Counted from the stretch's first letter, positions 41,577 through 52,979 are shown. The stretch is DNA of 64,000 nucleotides from Candidatus Latescibacterota bacterium (GCA_965226795.1 CBDDDZ010000003.1:160001-224000); one strand, 5' to 3'. Notes: a model not told the origin generated them from the sequence alone. A program made the numbers and translations.

Positions 41577-44500
41577 ATGCCGCCCTTAGAAAAAACCGAC
41601 CTGGATCAGCACCTGGTCTTGTTGGCCTGGCTAAACCGGCAGTTCGGCTACCAAAATAACCGTGAACTGCTGGCCGACATGAAGGATGCGGAGGGGTTCG
41701 CTGAGGGTCACAGTCATGTCTATCATCGGTTGATAGGGCGCGGCGACGCGTTGAATATCGCCCAGGAAGTTCTTGTACAATACGACGATAACGTACATAT
41801 CCACCTGAAGGCTATGAATTCCAATCGATCTAAACCGATCCATCTGCGATACTTCCAATACCTCGCGGCACTATACACGGAATTGTTCCTGCATCGGTAC
41901 TTCAACCAACTGGGTGAGATGCTTGGGTCCCTGAATGCGTTCTCCGCCGAACGCAATAAAGGTGAAGAGTTCTGCGAATCCGACTTGAAGAAGTTGGCCT
42001 TCTGGATGGCGACCGGAAGCGGCAAGACCCTCATTATGCACCTCAACTATCGTCAATTCCTGCACTACAATAATCAGACTCTGGACAACGTCTTGCTGAT
42101 TACCCCTAACGAAGGACTGAGTGAACAGCACATGAGCGAAATGGGGGCCTCGAACATCCGCTGCGGTCCGTTCGACATGAACGAGGGCGGCCAAAAAGAC
42201 GATGTGAGGGTCATTGAAATCACCAAACTAGTCGAGCAGAAGCGAGGCGGAGGCGTTAGCGTACCCGTCGAAGCATTCGAAGGCAACAACCTTATTTTCG
42301 TCGATGAAGGGCATAAGGGTTCCGGTGGCGAGGTGTGGCGGCGTTACCGCGACGACCTCGGCGAGAGTGGCTTTACATTTGAATACAGCGCCACTTTTGG
42401 CCAAGCCTTGAGAGCGGTTGCCAACGACAAGCTTACCCGGGATACGGAAAGGCCATTGCATTCGATTACTCGTATAGATATTTCCACGGCGATGGTTACG
42501 GCAAGGACTTCCGCGTACTCAATCTCGTCGAGGAGACCACCGAGGAAAAGACGGATACGTTACTGCTCGGCAACCTGCTGTCCTTCTACGAGCAGCAATG
42601 CGTCTTCACCCAGTCTGCCGAAGAATTGCGTCCGTACGATCTGGAAAAGCCCCTATGGGTCTTTGTCGGCAGCACGGTAAATGCAGTGTATACCAAGAAC
42701 AAGGAGAAACGCAGTGACGTGCTGACCGTGGCGCTGTTCCTGCATCGCGTCTTGAGCCGGCGCGAATGGACAATCTGTGCGATTAATCGACTCGTTAAGG
42801 GCGAGAGCGACCTGGTAACCCCGGACGGAAGAGACGTATTCGCTGGCAAGTTCACATACCTCAGGGAGTTGCAGCGCCCCGCCAGGGAAATTTACGATGA
42901 CATACTAAAAAAGGTATTCCATGCTCCAGCCGGGGGCGGTCTGCACGTCTGTGCAATCCGGGGCGCCGACGGCGAATTAGGCCTCAAAGCGAGCGGCGCC
43001 GATGAATATTTCGGCCTTATCTACATCGGGGACGTCAGCGCATTCAAGAAACTGGTAGAAAATGATGAGACTGGAATAACGTTGGAAGAAGACGCTCTGT
43101 CCGGCTCACTATTCGAGAATATCAATAATCCGCAGACTGGCATTCAGGTTCTCATTGGCGCAAAGAAATTTATGGAGGGATGGAACTCCTGGCGCGTGTC
43201 GAACATGGGACTCCTGAACATCGGACGCAGCGAGGGATCGGAAATTATCCAACTCTTCGGCCGCGGGGTGCGCCTGCGAGGCAAGAATGCCAGCCTAAAG
43301 CGGAGTACGGAGTTGGCCGGCACCCATCCTGAACAAATTAGGTTATTGGAAACGCTCGATATCTTCGCGATTCGCGCAAACTACATGGCTCGGTTCCGCG
43401 ATTATCTTGAGCGAGAAGGCGTAGATATGGACGGGTACGATGAGCTACCTCTTCTTGTCCGCCATGACAAGAAACTGCTCAATGCAGGACTGGTCGTACC
43501 TCGGATAAAAGAAGGTAGCGAATTCGTCAAGACTCAAAGTCTTCTCTTGAAGCCGGATTCTGAATTAAAAAAAATTCGGGTCGACTTGTCGCTAAAGGTT
43601 CAGGCGCTGGAAAGCAGCAAAGACGGACTTGTGACCTCTGACGCGCATTCGGGAGACGAGCGGGTACTCCCCCAAGAGAGCCTGGCCCTCGTGGATTGGG
43701 AGCAGGTCTATCTCGACCTGATCGAATATAAGGAGCAGAAGGGTTATAACAACCTTACTATACCTCTGTGCGCGCCACGCCAGATTCTTGAGAATCGCGA
43801 CCGGTACACTCTAGTTGTGGAAGAAACGGTCGTCCGGCCACAATCATTTGACGATATACATCGTCTACAAGAAGCGGCAACCCGCATATTGCGGAAGTAC
43901 ACCGACGCCTTCTACCATACACATCGCGAGCGCTGGGAATCGCAGCAGATGGTGTACAAAACCCTCGACGAGCGCGATCCGAATTTGAGCTTTGGCCGTG
44001 AGTCGGAGGGAAACGGCCAATACATTGTCGGTATCAGGCGCTCCAAGCAAGAATTGGTGGAGAAGATCGAAGACCTGATTTCCGATTGCGAGCGCCTCTA
44101 CCAAAAGGAAACAGAGGAGTTGCCGCGCCTGCACTTTGACCGGCATCTCTATCAGCCGTTATTGATTGAAGCAGGGGATGAAAATCTAAAAACGACTCCG
44201 CCCGCATTGAATGACAGCGAAAAACGGTTTGTGAAGGATTTGAAGGACTACTGGTTGGAGGAGAAGGACGGCAGGCTGTCCGGCCGGGAGGTGTTTCTAC
44301 TGCGGAATCAGAGCCGTGGCGCGGGCGTGGGATTTTTCGAGTCGAGCGGCTTCTATCCGGACTTCATCCTTTGGATTAAGGAAGGAGAGAAACAACACAT
44401 CGTTTTTGTCGAGCCGCACGGAATGCTTCACGCCAAAGCATACAAACACGACGAAAAAGCGCGGCTTCACGAAAGGATGTCGGAAATGGCTGAACGTATC

Positions 44501-44695
44501 GGCGAGAGAAGTCAGCGCAAGGACATAACGCTGAATTCGTATATCATTTCTGCAACATCGTACGACGATCTCCAAAAAAGATATGACGACGGCAACTGGG
44601 ATCGGAACCGGTTTGCCGACGCACATATTCTATTTCTGGAAAGAAACGAGCAATACGACTACATAAGGAGAATAGTCGAAAACCAATTGATGTAA
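41577..44695 (+). pseudogene. res: Type III R-M restriction subunit, frameshifted near 42442
   Basis: WMATGSGKT and VDEGHKG in ORF 41577..42680; YGKAIAFDYSYRYFHGDGYGKDF continues in the frame of ORF 42626..44695, which has EGWNSWR, QLFGRGVRLR and nuclease FYPDF..EPH. Confidence 0.88.
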
Positions 44696-44931
44696 ATTCG
44701 AAAAACCCACGCGGCCAGATGATTGAATGTGCCCGGTCTGTCCGAGCCCTTCAACTACCTGGCCGCGTTTTGCATATATGAATTCAAGGGCGTCCTGCGG
44801 GACCTCCCCCGTACCGTGTTCGATTTTTCGAGGTTTGCGCGACAGGAGTCGACCATGGACCGGATCAGTCACCTTCCAGCGATGTCTCTAACGGAGCCGC
44901 GCTCTAAGCCCTTCTTATCCGTACCCTGCCA

Positions 44932-45652
44932 TCACATGGTGGCAGCGGCCCGCGCGCCGGCGGCGGCCAGCACATAGAGAATCCAGAGTCCGAAAATACC
45001 TATCCCCGCAAGCTTTGTCCGAATACCCGTAACGGCCGCCAGACCCGACCGTAATCAACAGGTACTTCCAGACGGCGAAGACGGTGATCATGGACAGGAA
45101 GTAGTATATGTAACTCCCTTTCATGGATCCAGGCGCAAGCAGACCCAGGCCGACCTGCACCGTTGCCGAATCCCAGGCCATGGCAAGCGGCACCGTAACA
45201 ATGGCGGCGGGAATGGCCACGAGTGAGCTGTAGCTCACAACGGCCAGCATTTTCTTGTAAGTACCGTCGCCACCGAACACGAAATTGGCAAGTGCGAGAA
45301 AAATCGCCCCCTGGACAAAGATCGTCGCGGCCGTACCGATGGACGGGAGGACAACGGCGCCTAAGCCCATCACCCTTTGCGCACTTTCCAGGGCCATCAC
45401 CCGCTGTTCTTCCGTAAGGGATTCATCTTTCGCGAGCTGCTCCTGTACGGCCTGCATCCCGGCCGTCTTTGCGGTGGGCATCAATATGTACGCGGAGAAC
45501 ATGCCGACGATTACGATAATAATCATGGGGAGATACCAGTCCCGGTGTTCGACATGCGCATTGACCGCGGCGAATGTCCGCCCGGGCGAAAACAGGGCGC
45601 CGACCATGCGCCCGCCTAACCCCGTCTTCTGAGCGTCTGTGGATTCGTCCAT
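44932..45652 (-). CDS. Yip1-domain membrane protein with an apparent frameshift near its 3' end
   Basis: ATG 45652 after GGAGGAG; LFSPGRTF and multiple TM; last TM (GLAAVTGIRTKLAGIGIFGLWILYVL) lies in a shifted frame after the C-run at 45044-45046. Confidence 0.7.
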
Positions 45653-45890
45653 TATGATCTCCTCCAATTGTGTACCTCGTGAATAAGGGTTTGTCCTGTC
45701 GGCTGGCAACGTATAAATCCCGCCCAATATAACCTCCGTTGCGTATATTTCAACCCGCATACTGCGACCCGATACACGTCGACCGGACCGTTTACGGGTC
45801 TCGAAATAACAGAAATTGCAGTGAAATGCGTAACTCCAGGACGCGGCTTGATATTCGACTATTTCTTTCGAATTGAAAGGGGTGCAGAGG

Positions 45891-48869
45891 ATGTCAAATG
45901 GAAAAAAGCAGAGCCGGTTCGTCACCGCGGCGATGCGGTCGAACGCGCTTGCAAATGCGGCGACGCACGAATGGGCGCGGGAACAGAAGGAACGCGCTGT
46001 TGCGGCTGCAGAAGAGTGGGTGGGCCGTACGGACGATGCGTTGTGGGAAATGGTCACCGCACAGGAGTTGCCGCGGACAGTCTACACCAACGAAGGCGTG
46101 ACATACAAGGGCCAGAAGCCCTACTGTCCCGGCTGCGGGGAGGAGGCGCCTGCGAAATCGGGGCGCGAATGGTGGGAATTCGACGACGCCAGGCCGTGGA
46201 AGATCTGGTGCGAACACTGCAAGGAGGTCTATCCGAAAAACGACTTCGGGGCCTTCTACAGGACGGCCCTGGACGCGCAGGGGATGTTCCGGCGCGAGTT
46301 GGGGGACCGGTCGCTGCTCTTCAATGCCGATCATCCCGATTCTGCGGATCCGTTGCACAAACTCTATGTAGAAGACGGATATGGCATGTTCGACGACCAG
46401 GGAAACAGGCACGACATTATCGCATACTACAATTTCGAGGCGGTGTGGCGCCGGATCCAGCGAGGCGTTGCCGCGCTGGCGGATGCCTATGCCCTCACGG
46501 ACGACAGGCGCTACGCCCACAAGGCGGGCGTGCTGCTGGACCGGATCGCGGACGTCTATCCCGAGATGGACTACCTTCCACTCCACGAACTCGGTTTTCA
46601 GCACAGCCAGGGCGGTTCGGGAAGGGGCCGCATCGAAGGTTGCATCTGGGAGACGTTCGTCGCGCAGGGCCTTGCCCGGAGCTACGATATCGTCTTCGAC
46701 GGACTCCAGGGCGACGACGATCTGGTGGCTTTCTGCTCGGAACATGCCAAACAATACGACTTGGGGGACAAGAACAGCACCGCCGCGATCTGCGGGCATA
46801 TTCACGATCACCTGTTGCTGGAAGCGCTCAAGTCGGTGAAGGACGGCCGGATCAGCGGCAACACGGGCATGAACCACTCCTCCCTTGCAACCGCGGCGAT
46901 TGCATTGGACGACCCGGAATTGACGCCGGAGTGGCTGGACTGGCTGTTCCATCCCGGGTTTCCCGGAGACCACTCGGCACAAAAAGATCCGGTGCCGTGG
47001 GTGTTGACCGAGGGGCTCGACCGGGACGGCATGGGCGGAGAATGCGGCGGTTACGGTCTCATCTGGACCCGCCATATGCGGGAACTCGTACAGATTCTGT
47101 CGCACTATCCCGAATATACCAGACACAATCTGGTTGCGGATTACCCGAAGCTCAAACAGGCTTATCTCGTTGAATCCCGGATAAACGTGCTGGACGGGAT
47201 GATGCCCAACACGGGAGACAGCGGCGCCGTGGGCGCGTGGGGCCGGCAAGGCGCGGCCGAGACCTATATCCTGGCGTACAGACTGTACGGAGACCCGCGT
47301 TTCGCGGCCCTGGCGTGGCACGAGCATGCGGCTCACGGGTCCTCCCTGCGCCTCGAAGACGACATTTACCGTAAGGATCCGGACGCGTTGACCCGTGAAA
47401 TACGAAAGATCGGACAGAAGGGTCCGGCCAGCCTGGAAAGCGAACACTTCGGTCGGTACGGACAGGCGCACCTCCAGACCGGAAATCGGGAGAATGGCCG
47501 CGCCGTGTTTATCCACTACGGACAGGGCAAGGGACATTCGCACCACGATTCTCTAAACCTCGGGTTGCTGGCGAACGACGTGGCCATGATCCCGGACCTG
47601 GGCTATCCCGAATATACCGGATCCTGGCCGAAGCGACATGCATGGACGGCCAACACGATCAGCCACAATACGCTGCTGGTGAACGATACCAGGTCGGCAT
47701 ACAGTCCCGGCGGGCAGATCGAGTTCTTCGCCGTGGAACCCCCGCTGCGCGCAATACAGGTGGATGCGCCTGACGCGTATAGGGGCCTGCAAACCTACCG
47801 GCGCACCGTTGCCCTCGTTGACGTGGACGAAAGCAACAGCTACGTTCTCGATGTATTCCGCGCGCGGGGCGGGAGGAACCACCGTCTTTCCTGGCACGCG
47901 GCGGCGGAAACGGCGCAGGTTGCCGGCATTGAACTCGTCCGGCAGGAAGGCGGCACGTTTGCGGGAACGGATGTTCCGTTTGCGAAATTGGAGGGCGAGA
48001 ACGCTGAATTCTACAAGGAGAGCGGTTTCACCTACCTGTACGACGTGACGCGCTCCGCCGGGCCGGCGCAGCAGCCTTACACCGTCGACTGGAAGATCGC
48101 AGATATCCGCGGCCGAATTCCGGAAGGCCGCGAACCCCACCTTCGTCTGCACGCGCTCACGCCCTGTGACGAAGCTGCTCTGGCCACGGGGGATTCGCCC
48201 CGGAGGCTGCAGCGGCCCAGGTATCTCATCCAAAGCAGGCTGGGAGAGGATATGCAGAGCCAGTTTGTCAACGTGCTTGAACCCTGCGATACCAATCCGT
48301 TCATCGTTCGGGTACGCGAACTGGAGATGAGACACGAAGGGGATGCGGGCGCGGCAGCCGCCGTGGCCGTGGAGATGGCCGGAGGCCGCACGGATATACT
48401 GATCAGTTGCGAGGAAGCGATGGAAGTTACGGTGGAAGGCGGGATCACGTTCAAAGGCACATTCGGAATGATCCGCCTGATCGGGGATGAAGTAAAGCTG
48501 ATGCGGATGGTCGGCGGCACGTTACTCGCCTTCGGTACCGTTGCGCTGACGTCAAACCGCGGCGCCTGGTGCGGGAAGGTCTCGCGGATCGACGCTTCCG
48601 ACCCGGCAAACAATCTGGTCGACCTCGATCCACCCCTGCCACGGAATCGCGACCTCGCCGATCGAACCATCCATTTCATGAACGATTTGCCGATGGACAC
48701 GAGCTACAGGATCGCGGCAGTCACAACCCGGGGCGTCTCAACGGGCGACATTACGATCGTCAGGGGTCTCAGAGAAGGTACCGATCTCGCCAGCGGCTAC
48801 ACCTACCTGGTCAATCCCGGCGACGAATACGTCGTACCGACAATCGCCGGGATGGGAGACAGAATCTGA
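45891..48869 (+). CDS. Heparinase II/III-like protein with an N-terminal CxxC...CxxC module
   Basis: GHSHHDSLNL, DLGYPEY, HNTLLVN, YRRTVALV; no obvious signal peptide. Confidence 0.75.
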   Translation: MSNGKKQSRFVTAAMRSNALANAATHEWAREQKERAVAAAEEWVGRTDDALWEMVTAQELPRTVYTNEGVTYKGQKPYCPGCGEEAPAKSGREWWEFDDARPWKIWCEHCKEVYPKNDFGAFYRTALDAQGMFRRELGDRSLLFNADHPDSADPLHKLYVEDGYGMFDDQGNRHDIIAYYNFEAVWRRIQRGVAALADAYALTDDRRYAHKAGVLLDRIADVYPEMDYLPLHELGFQHSQGGSGRGRIEGCIWETFVAQGLARSYDIVFDGLQGDDDLVAFCSEHAKQYDLGDKNSTAAICGHIHDHLLLEALKSVKDGRISGNTGMNHSSLATAAIALDDPELTPEWLDWLFHPGFPGDHSAQKDPVPWVLTEGLDRDGMGGECGGYGLIWTRHMRELVQILSHYPEYTRHNLVADYPKLKQAYLVESRINVLDGMMPNTGDSGAVGAWGRQGAAETYILAYRLYGDPRFAALAWHEHAAHGSSLRLEDDIYRKDPDALTREIRKIGQKGPASLESEHFGRYGQAHLQTGNRENGRAVFIHYGQGKGHSHHDSLNLGLLANDVAMIPDLGYPEYTGSWPKRHAWTANTISHNTLLVNDTRSAYSPGGQIEFFAVEPPLRAIQVDAPDAYRGLQTYRRTVALVDVDESNSYVLDVFRARGGRNHRLSWHAAAETAQVAGIELVRQEGGTFAGTDVPFAKLEGENAEFYKESGFTYLYDVTRSAGPAQQPYTVDWKIADIRGRIPEGREPHLRLHALTPCDEAALATGDSPRRLQRPRYLIQSRLGEDMQSQFVNVLEPCDTNPFIVRVRELEMRHEGDAGAAAAVAVEMAGGRTDILISCEEAMEVTVEGGITFKGTFGMIRLIGDEVKLMRMVGGTLLAFGTVALTSNRGAWCGKVSRIDASDPANNLVDLDPPLPRNRDLADRTIHFMNDLPMDTSYRIAAVTTRGVSTGDITIVRGLREGTDLASGYTYLVNPGDEYVVPTIAGMGDRI

Positions 48870-49005
48870 AAACAACTCACACGAAGACTTCAACGGGCAA
48901 GACGTGAGACGGTAGACGCAAGAGGTCCACCTCGCCACCCGGCAGGCAGCAATCAGCCATCAGCGGTTGGCGATACTGACCCGTGATGTCCGCGGGCCAC
49001 TACGT

Positions 49006-49030
49006 GGGCAACCACAAGAGTTGCCCCTAC
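49006..49030 (-). repeat. GTAG-type REP-like palindrome
   Basis: Minus strand GTAGGGGCAACTCTTGTGGTTGCCC, between convergent genes. Confidence 0.6.
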
Positions 49031-49180
49031 GACCTCAAACACGGCGCTGAAGGGCGTCTGCGAGGCATCGCATGAGCCGTTGATCCGCACTTTTGTCGAC
49101 AGGTGCATTTCTCGCGTTCATTCACGCAATATTCCCGTTACGCGCCCGGAGGTGGAGAGGGGCTTTTCCGCGTACCCATC

Positions 49181-50173
49181 CTAAGCCGAATACGCCAGTT
49201 CCATTCCGTCTTCAACGTCCGCGGTAATGCGCAGAACGCCGGGGCGGACTACGGAAGCGGGCATGGGTTGATTGTCGACGCGAACCCGGGGATACCGGCA
49301 CCAGGCCGCGGGCACGTCCACGTCCATCGTCAGCGCGCGACACGTAACCCGGTCGGACAACCCGTCAAGGTTCAGACGGTAGCGCTTTTCGTCGGAAGTA
49401 TCGTCGAGGGTTGCGACCGTGGTGTGGCGTCGGGTGAGGTGGTAATAGATGGCTTCTTCGGGAACGGCACACCACACGTCTTCCCCGCCTTCGCTGAGAA
49501 CCGTTTCAAAACGGCGCCGTAGCTGGTCTGCGGTGCAGTCCTTGTTTCGATGAACCACCTCATCCAGCGGGCAGTGGCAGTAGTCGATTATCCATCCGCT
49601 GGCCGCCTGTGCATGGCGTATGTTCCTGTACGGATCGAATTCGCTGTAGAAGGGTTCGTAGAACTGGTCGTGAAGGGCCGTGCGGTTCAGCCAGAAGAGT
49701 TCGTCGCCAGGCCGGTTGAGCGCGTCCGTCAGGCTCATCGCGCCGAGATAGCCGTACTCCCGGCAGGCATCCAGGACATGGTCCGCCATATTCGTGTTAT
49801 TGCCGGGCGAGCAGTAGAGGTCCACCGGACCGTCAATAGCCTCTTCCAGCACCTCCCTGGCCTCCCGCAACTCCCGGTCCAGCATGTCCGGCTGTATCAC
49901 TTCGTGGCTCCACGAATGGTTCCCCACACCCCAGCCGCGGTCGACCATCTCCTTCATTTCCCCCCCGGTCATGTGCCGGAAGCCGTTGTAACTGGAGTTG
50001 CCGAGACGCCGTATTTCGCCGATGTGGCCGGCCACCGCTTCCATATGTCCCGGTATATTGAACGCCTCATGAATCGGCACGGCGCGTTCGTGCAATTCGA
50101 TCAGCGCTTCGTCGTACGTGATGGAATAGACCCATTTCTTGCCATGTTTCCAGTCACAAATTCTGAGGGCCAT
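49181..50173 (-). CDS. Polysaccharide deacetylase (NodB/CE4-like) family protein
   Basis: SITYDE and GNHSWSH metal-binding motifs. Confidence 0.75.
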   Translation of the reverse strand: MALRICDWKHGKKWVYSITYDEALIELHERAVPIHEAFNIPGHMEAVAGHIGEIRRLGNSSYNGFRHMTGGEMKEMVDRGWGVGNHSWSHEVIQPDMLDRELREAREVLEEAIDGPVDLYCSPGNNTNMADHVLDACREYGYLGAMSLTDALNRPGDELFWLNRTALHDQFYEPFYSEFDPYRNIRHAQAASGWIIDYCHCPLDEVVHRNKDCTADQLRRRFETVLSEGGEDVWCAVPEEAIYYHLTRRHTTVATLDDTSDEKRYRLNLDGLSDRVTCRALTMDVDVPAAWCRYPRVRVDNQPMPASVVRPGVLRITADVEDGMELAYSA

Positions 50174-50209
50174 TGATTTTCCTTTCTTTGACGCTTCGTC
50201 GGATGACTT

Positions 50210-50986
50210 TCAGGCCTTTTGACCGGTCCCCGCCGCTTCCATGAACGCCTCGAACGTGGTGCTGTACCCGATTTTCCACTCGAAAATGTGGATTCCGTAG
50301 CGCGTGGCCAGGCGTTCGTCAAACGTATCCGGACGTTCCACGCCTACCGTGCCGTCGCGCATCAGTATACAGCGGTACCCGCGGGAGAGCATCGCCTGAC
50401 CGCCGCCTTCGGAGCCCAGAACGCACATATCGGCGGCAAATCCGGTATAGATGAGGGTGTCGATGTTGTTGGCCTTCAGATACGCGTCCAGGGTGTCGGT
50501 GTAAAAAACCATGGGCTCATCGCCGACGGGAGACACGATTTCCGCCCGGCGCATTTTTGCGAGTGGGGACTTTTTCAAATAATCGGGACCGTGGGCGCGG
50601 TCCAGCATTTCCTTCTGGCGGCCGGTGGGCTTCCAGACGTTTGTTCTATCCCGTCTGGACGGTATGTGCGGGTATTGTTCGTCCATCCAGTCGGCCTCCA
50701 CGTGTACCACGGGGAGACCGATCGCCCGTGCCGCGTCCATGGCCGGCCGCATCACCTCGCACATGATGCGGTATCCTTCAGCCGTGGCCTCGGGCCAGCC
50801 CAGGTCCACGCAGTAGTTCATGTTCAGGGGTGGGCCATCGGGACAGCCGATATTCCAGCAGTGCATGCCGATGAGTGCCGTATGCCGGATGGGGAGTTCG
50901 AACGTGACCGATTCGTACCCGGGACTGTCGATGGGCAGGGCACGGTAATAGCGTGCATCGAGAAGGACGGTTTCGGAGTCGGACAT
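50210..50986 (-). CDS. Isochorismatase-like cysteine hydrolase
   Basis: IDTLIYTGFAADMCV, RGYRCILMRD. Confidence 0.75.
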   Translation of the reverse strand: MSDSETVLLDARYYRALPIDSPGYESVTFELPIRHTALIGMHCWNIGCPDGPPLNMNYCVDLGWPEATAEGYRIMCEVMRPAMDAARAIGLPVVHVEADWMDEQYPHIPSRRDRTNVWKPTGRQKEMLDRAHGPDYLKKSPLAKMRRAEIVSPVGDEPMVFYTDTLDAYLKANNIDTLIYTGFAADMCVLGSEGGGQAMLSRGYRCILMRDGTVGVERPDTFDERLATRYGIHIFEWKIGYSTTFEAFMEAAGTGQKA

Positions 50987-51055
50987 TGCAAGGGCCTCTC
51001 GGGAGCGACGACGAAACGGGAGGATCGGGCCGGGATGCGCCGCATGTTCCGGATC

Positions 51056-52927
51056 TCAACGCATCGGTCCGCGGCCGTCGATAAGAATGTCTACAGGGTG
51101 GGAAAGCAGGATCAGGTCTTCGATGTCAAACTGCTCGAGCAGTCCGAAACAGAACGGAACGGGCTCTTTCGCGTAGTCGACGCTCCAGTCGATGAGCCGG
51201 CGGAGGGTGTCGGGCAGGTTGGCGCTCAGTGCGTCGACGCCCCGGGGGCGCAAAGCCGCCGCACAAATGGCAATCAGCCCGGTGGAGAGACCCTGGGTGG
51301 TTATGTTCAGGGAATACATGCCGGTTGTCGACTCTATCCAGCGCCGGAGGGCGAGCAACTGGGCCGTGCAGATGCCCAGGGGACGGTCCCCGGCCGCGGA
51401 GATGCATTCCATAAACAGGTAGTGGTAGGCGCCGTCCGCGATGACCTGTTCGCCAAACGCCAACAGGTCGGCCACGAAAACGCGTTTGCCGGACTGGAGG
51501 GCGATGTCTACAGCCCTCGTTGCGCCGGCCCGACCACTTTCCGGGAGGACGAGCAGAACATCGTTCGAACCGTTCAGGCGGAATTCCGTGACGGGAATAT
51601 TCCAGCGGTCCATCTCCAGGAGATGGTGCGAGATTTGTACCCCGGCCAGCGTTTGTGTCTTGCGAACGGCTCGTGATTCCACTGTGTACGCAGACGGCAG
51701 CCGCAACACACCGGCAAGGCGCCTTCGATCCTGTTGTTTTGTATCCGTGGTGGATCGTTTCGCGGGCAGCCGCCCGGCGAGTTCGGCGGCGATCGAGAGG
51801 AATGTGGGGTTGTCCGCCGGAAGCCCCACGTTGAGTTCCCACTCGGAGCGTATTTCGTCGTGGCAGGGGATATCCTCGGTGGAGATGTCGAGGTCCCAGA
51901 CGTTCATGAGGAATTGGTAGAGTTGCTCACGGATGTCTTTCTCGTAGTTGTGAGTGCCCGGATCCTCGTTGGCGTAAAAACCGATGCGGTCGGGCACGCC
52001 GAGCCGTTCGTACACCCGCCGGGCGGGCGCATACAGCGCCGGCCGCATGAATTCGGGGCGGAAGATTCCGTCGTTGACGCTGTGTACGAGCAGCGCCGGC
52101 CGGGGCGCGAACATGGCGGTTAGGGTGTCGTAGTCCGCCACGGTGCAGAGATCGACCGGCGTCTGTTCCAGGTCGCCGTGGTCCTGCCACCGTTTGGTCG
52201 CCCGGTGCCAGATCGGAGAATGACCGGAAACGGGCACAGCGACGCCGATGCGTTCATCCATTGCGGTGAGCACGGCGGTTTGCCATCCGCCGCCCGAGAG
52301 GCCGGTCATGGCCACCCTGTCGGGGTCGGCGTGTTCGTGGGAGAGCAGCACATCCAGACCACGCTTCATGGCCAGATACATGGCGCTCACGCCGGCCACC
52401 CCGCACAGGTCGATGTGGGCCTGTTGCATGTGGTTGGCCGAGCCCTGAAGTTCACCCATGCCAATGAATTCGAAGTTGAGGGCGAGCATCCCGCGTTTGG
52501 CCAGGTTGATGCAGCGGGCCTGCTTGTAGTCCATGGCCTTGCCGCCGCGGTGGTGGCCATTGGGGTTGAGCACGGCGGGAACTTTGCTCTTGAGATTCCC
52601 GGGCTCGTATAACAGGGCGGGGATCCGCATGCCCGGATACCCTTCGTAATGAAGTTTCCGGATGCGGTAGCCGTTGCCCTCGAGGACGCCCAGCCATTGT
52701 ACCTTCGGCGGGTGGTTGTTGACGTCCGGATCGAGGCCTGTCAGGAAGACTTTATCCAGGAGGTCCCGACGAACCCTGGCGGTCAGCTTCTTCCATTGCA
52801 CAGGAGATTCAGGCGTTTCGAGACGCGGCAGTTTTTCCGTATAGTAATCCATCATGATACGGGTATGCCGGTTGCGCAGGAGTTTGCGCGAAAGCGCGTG
52901 TGAGATCTGATTGGACGTGAGAGACAT
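51056..52927 (-). CDS. Acetylxylan esterase-like alpha/beta hydrolase
   Basis: PAVLNPNGH, nucleophile elbow GLSGGG, THNY. Confidence 0.8.
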   Translation of the reverse strand: MSLTSNQISHALSRKLLRNRHTRIMMDYYTEKLPRLETPESPVQWKKLTARVRRDLLDKVFLTGLDPDVNNHPPKVQWLGVLEGNGYRIRKLHYEGYPGMRIPALLYEPGNLKSKVPAVLNPNGHHRGGKAMDYKQARCINLAKRGMLALNFEFIGMGELQGSANHMQQAHIDLCGVAGVSAMYLAMKRGLDVLLSHEHADPDRVAMTGLSGGGWQTAVLTAMDERIGVAVPVSGHSPIWHRATKRWQDHGDLEQTPVDLCTVADYDTLTAMFAPRPALLVHSVNDGIFRPEFMRPALYAPARRVYERLGVPDRIGFYANEDPGTHNYEKDIREQLYQFLMNVWDLDISTEDIPCHDEIRSEWELNVGLPADNPTFLSIAAELAGRLPAKRSTTDTKQQDRRRLAGVLRLPSAYTVESRAVRKTQTLAGVQISHHLLEMDRWNIPVTEFRLNGSNDVLLVLPESGRAGATRAVDIALQSGKRVFVADLLAFGEQVIADGAYHYLFMECISAAGDRPLGICTAQLLALRRWIESTTGMYSLNITTQGLSTGLIAICAAALRPRGVDALSANLPDTLRRLIDWSVDYAKEPVPFCFGLLEQFDIEDLILLSHPVDILIDGRGPMR

Positions 52928-52979
52928 GGTGGATGATTCCTGAAAGACCGGGTGGAAGGCGTTGCGGCACGCGCGCCGA

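Noticed and set aside
42430..42460. Programmed frameshift or phase-variable tract in res
   Set aside because: No slippery heptamer or simple-sequence repeat at the break
45653..46057. N-terminal 135 aa of the 380-aa ORF 44915..46057
   Set aside because: It overlaps the divergent lyase gene and intergenic DNA; a strong RBS precedes ATG 45652
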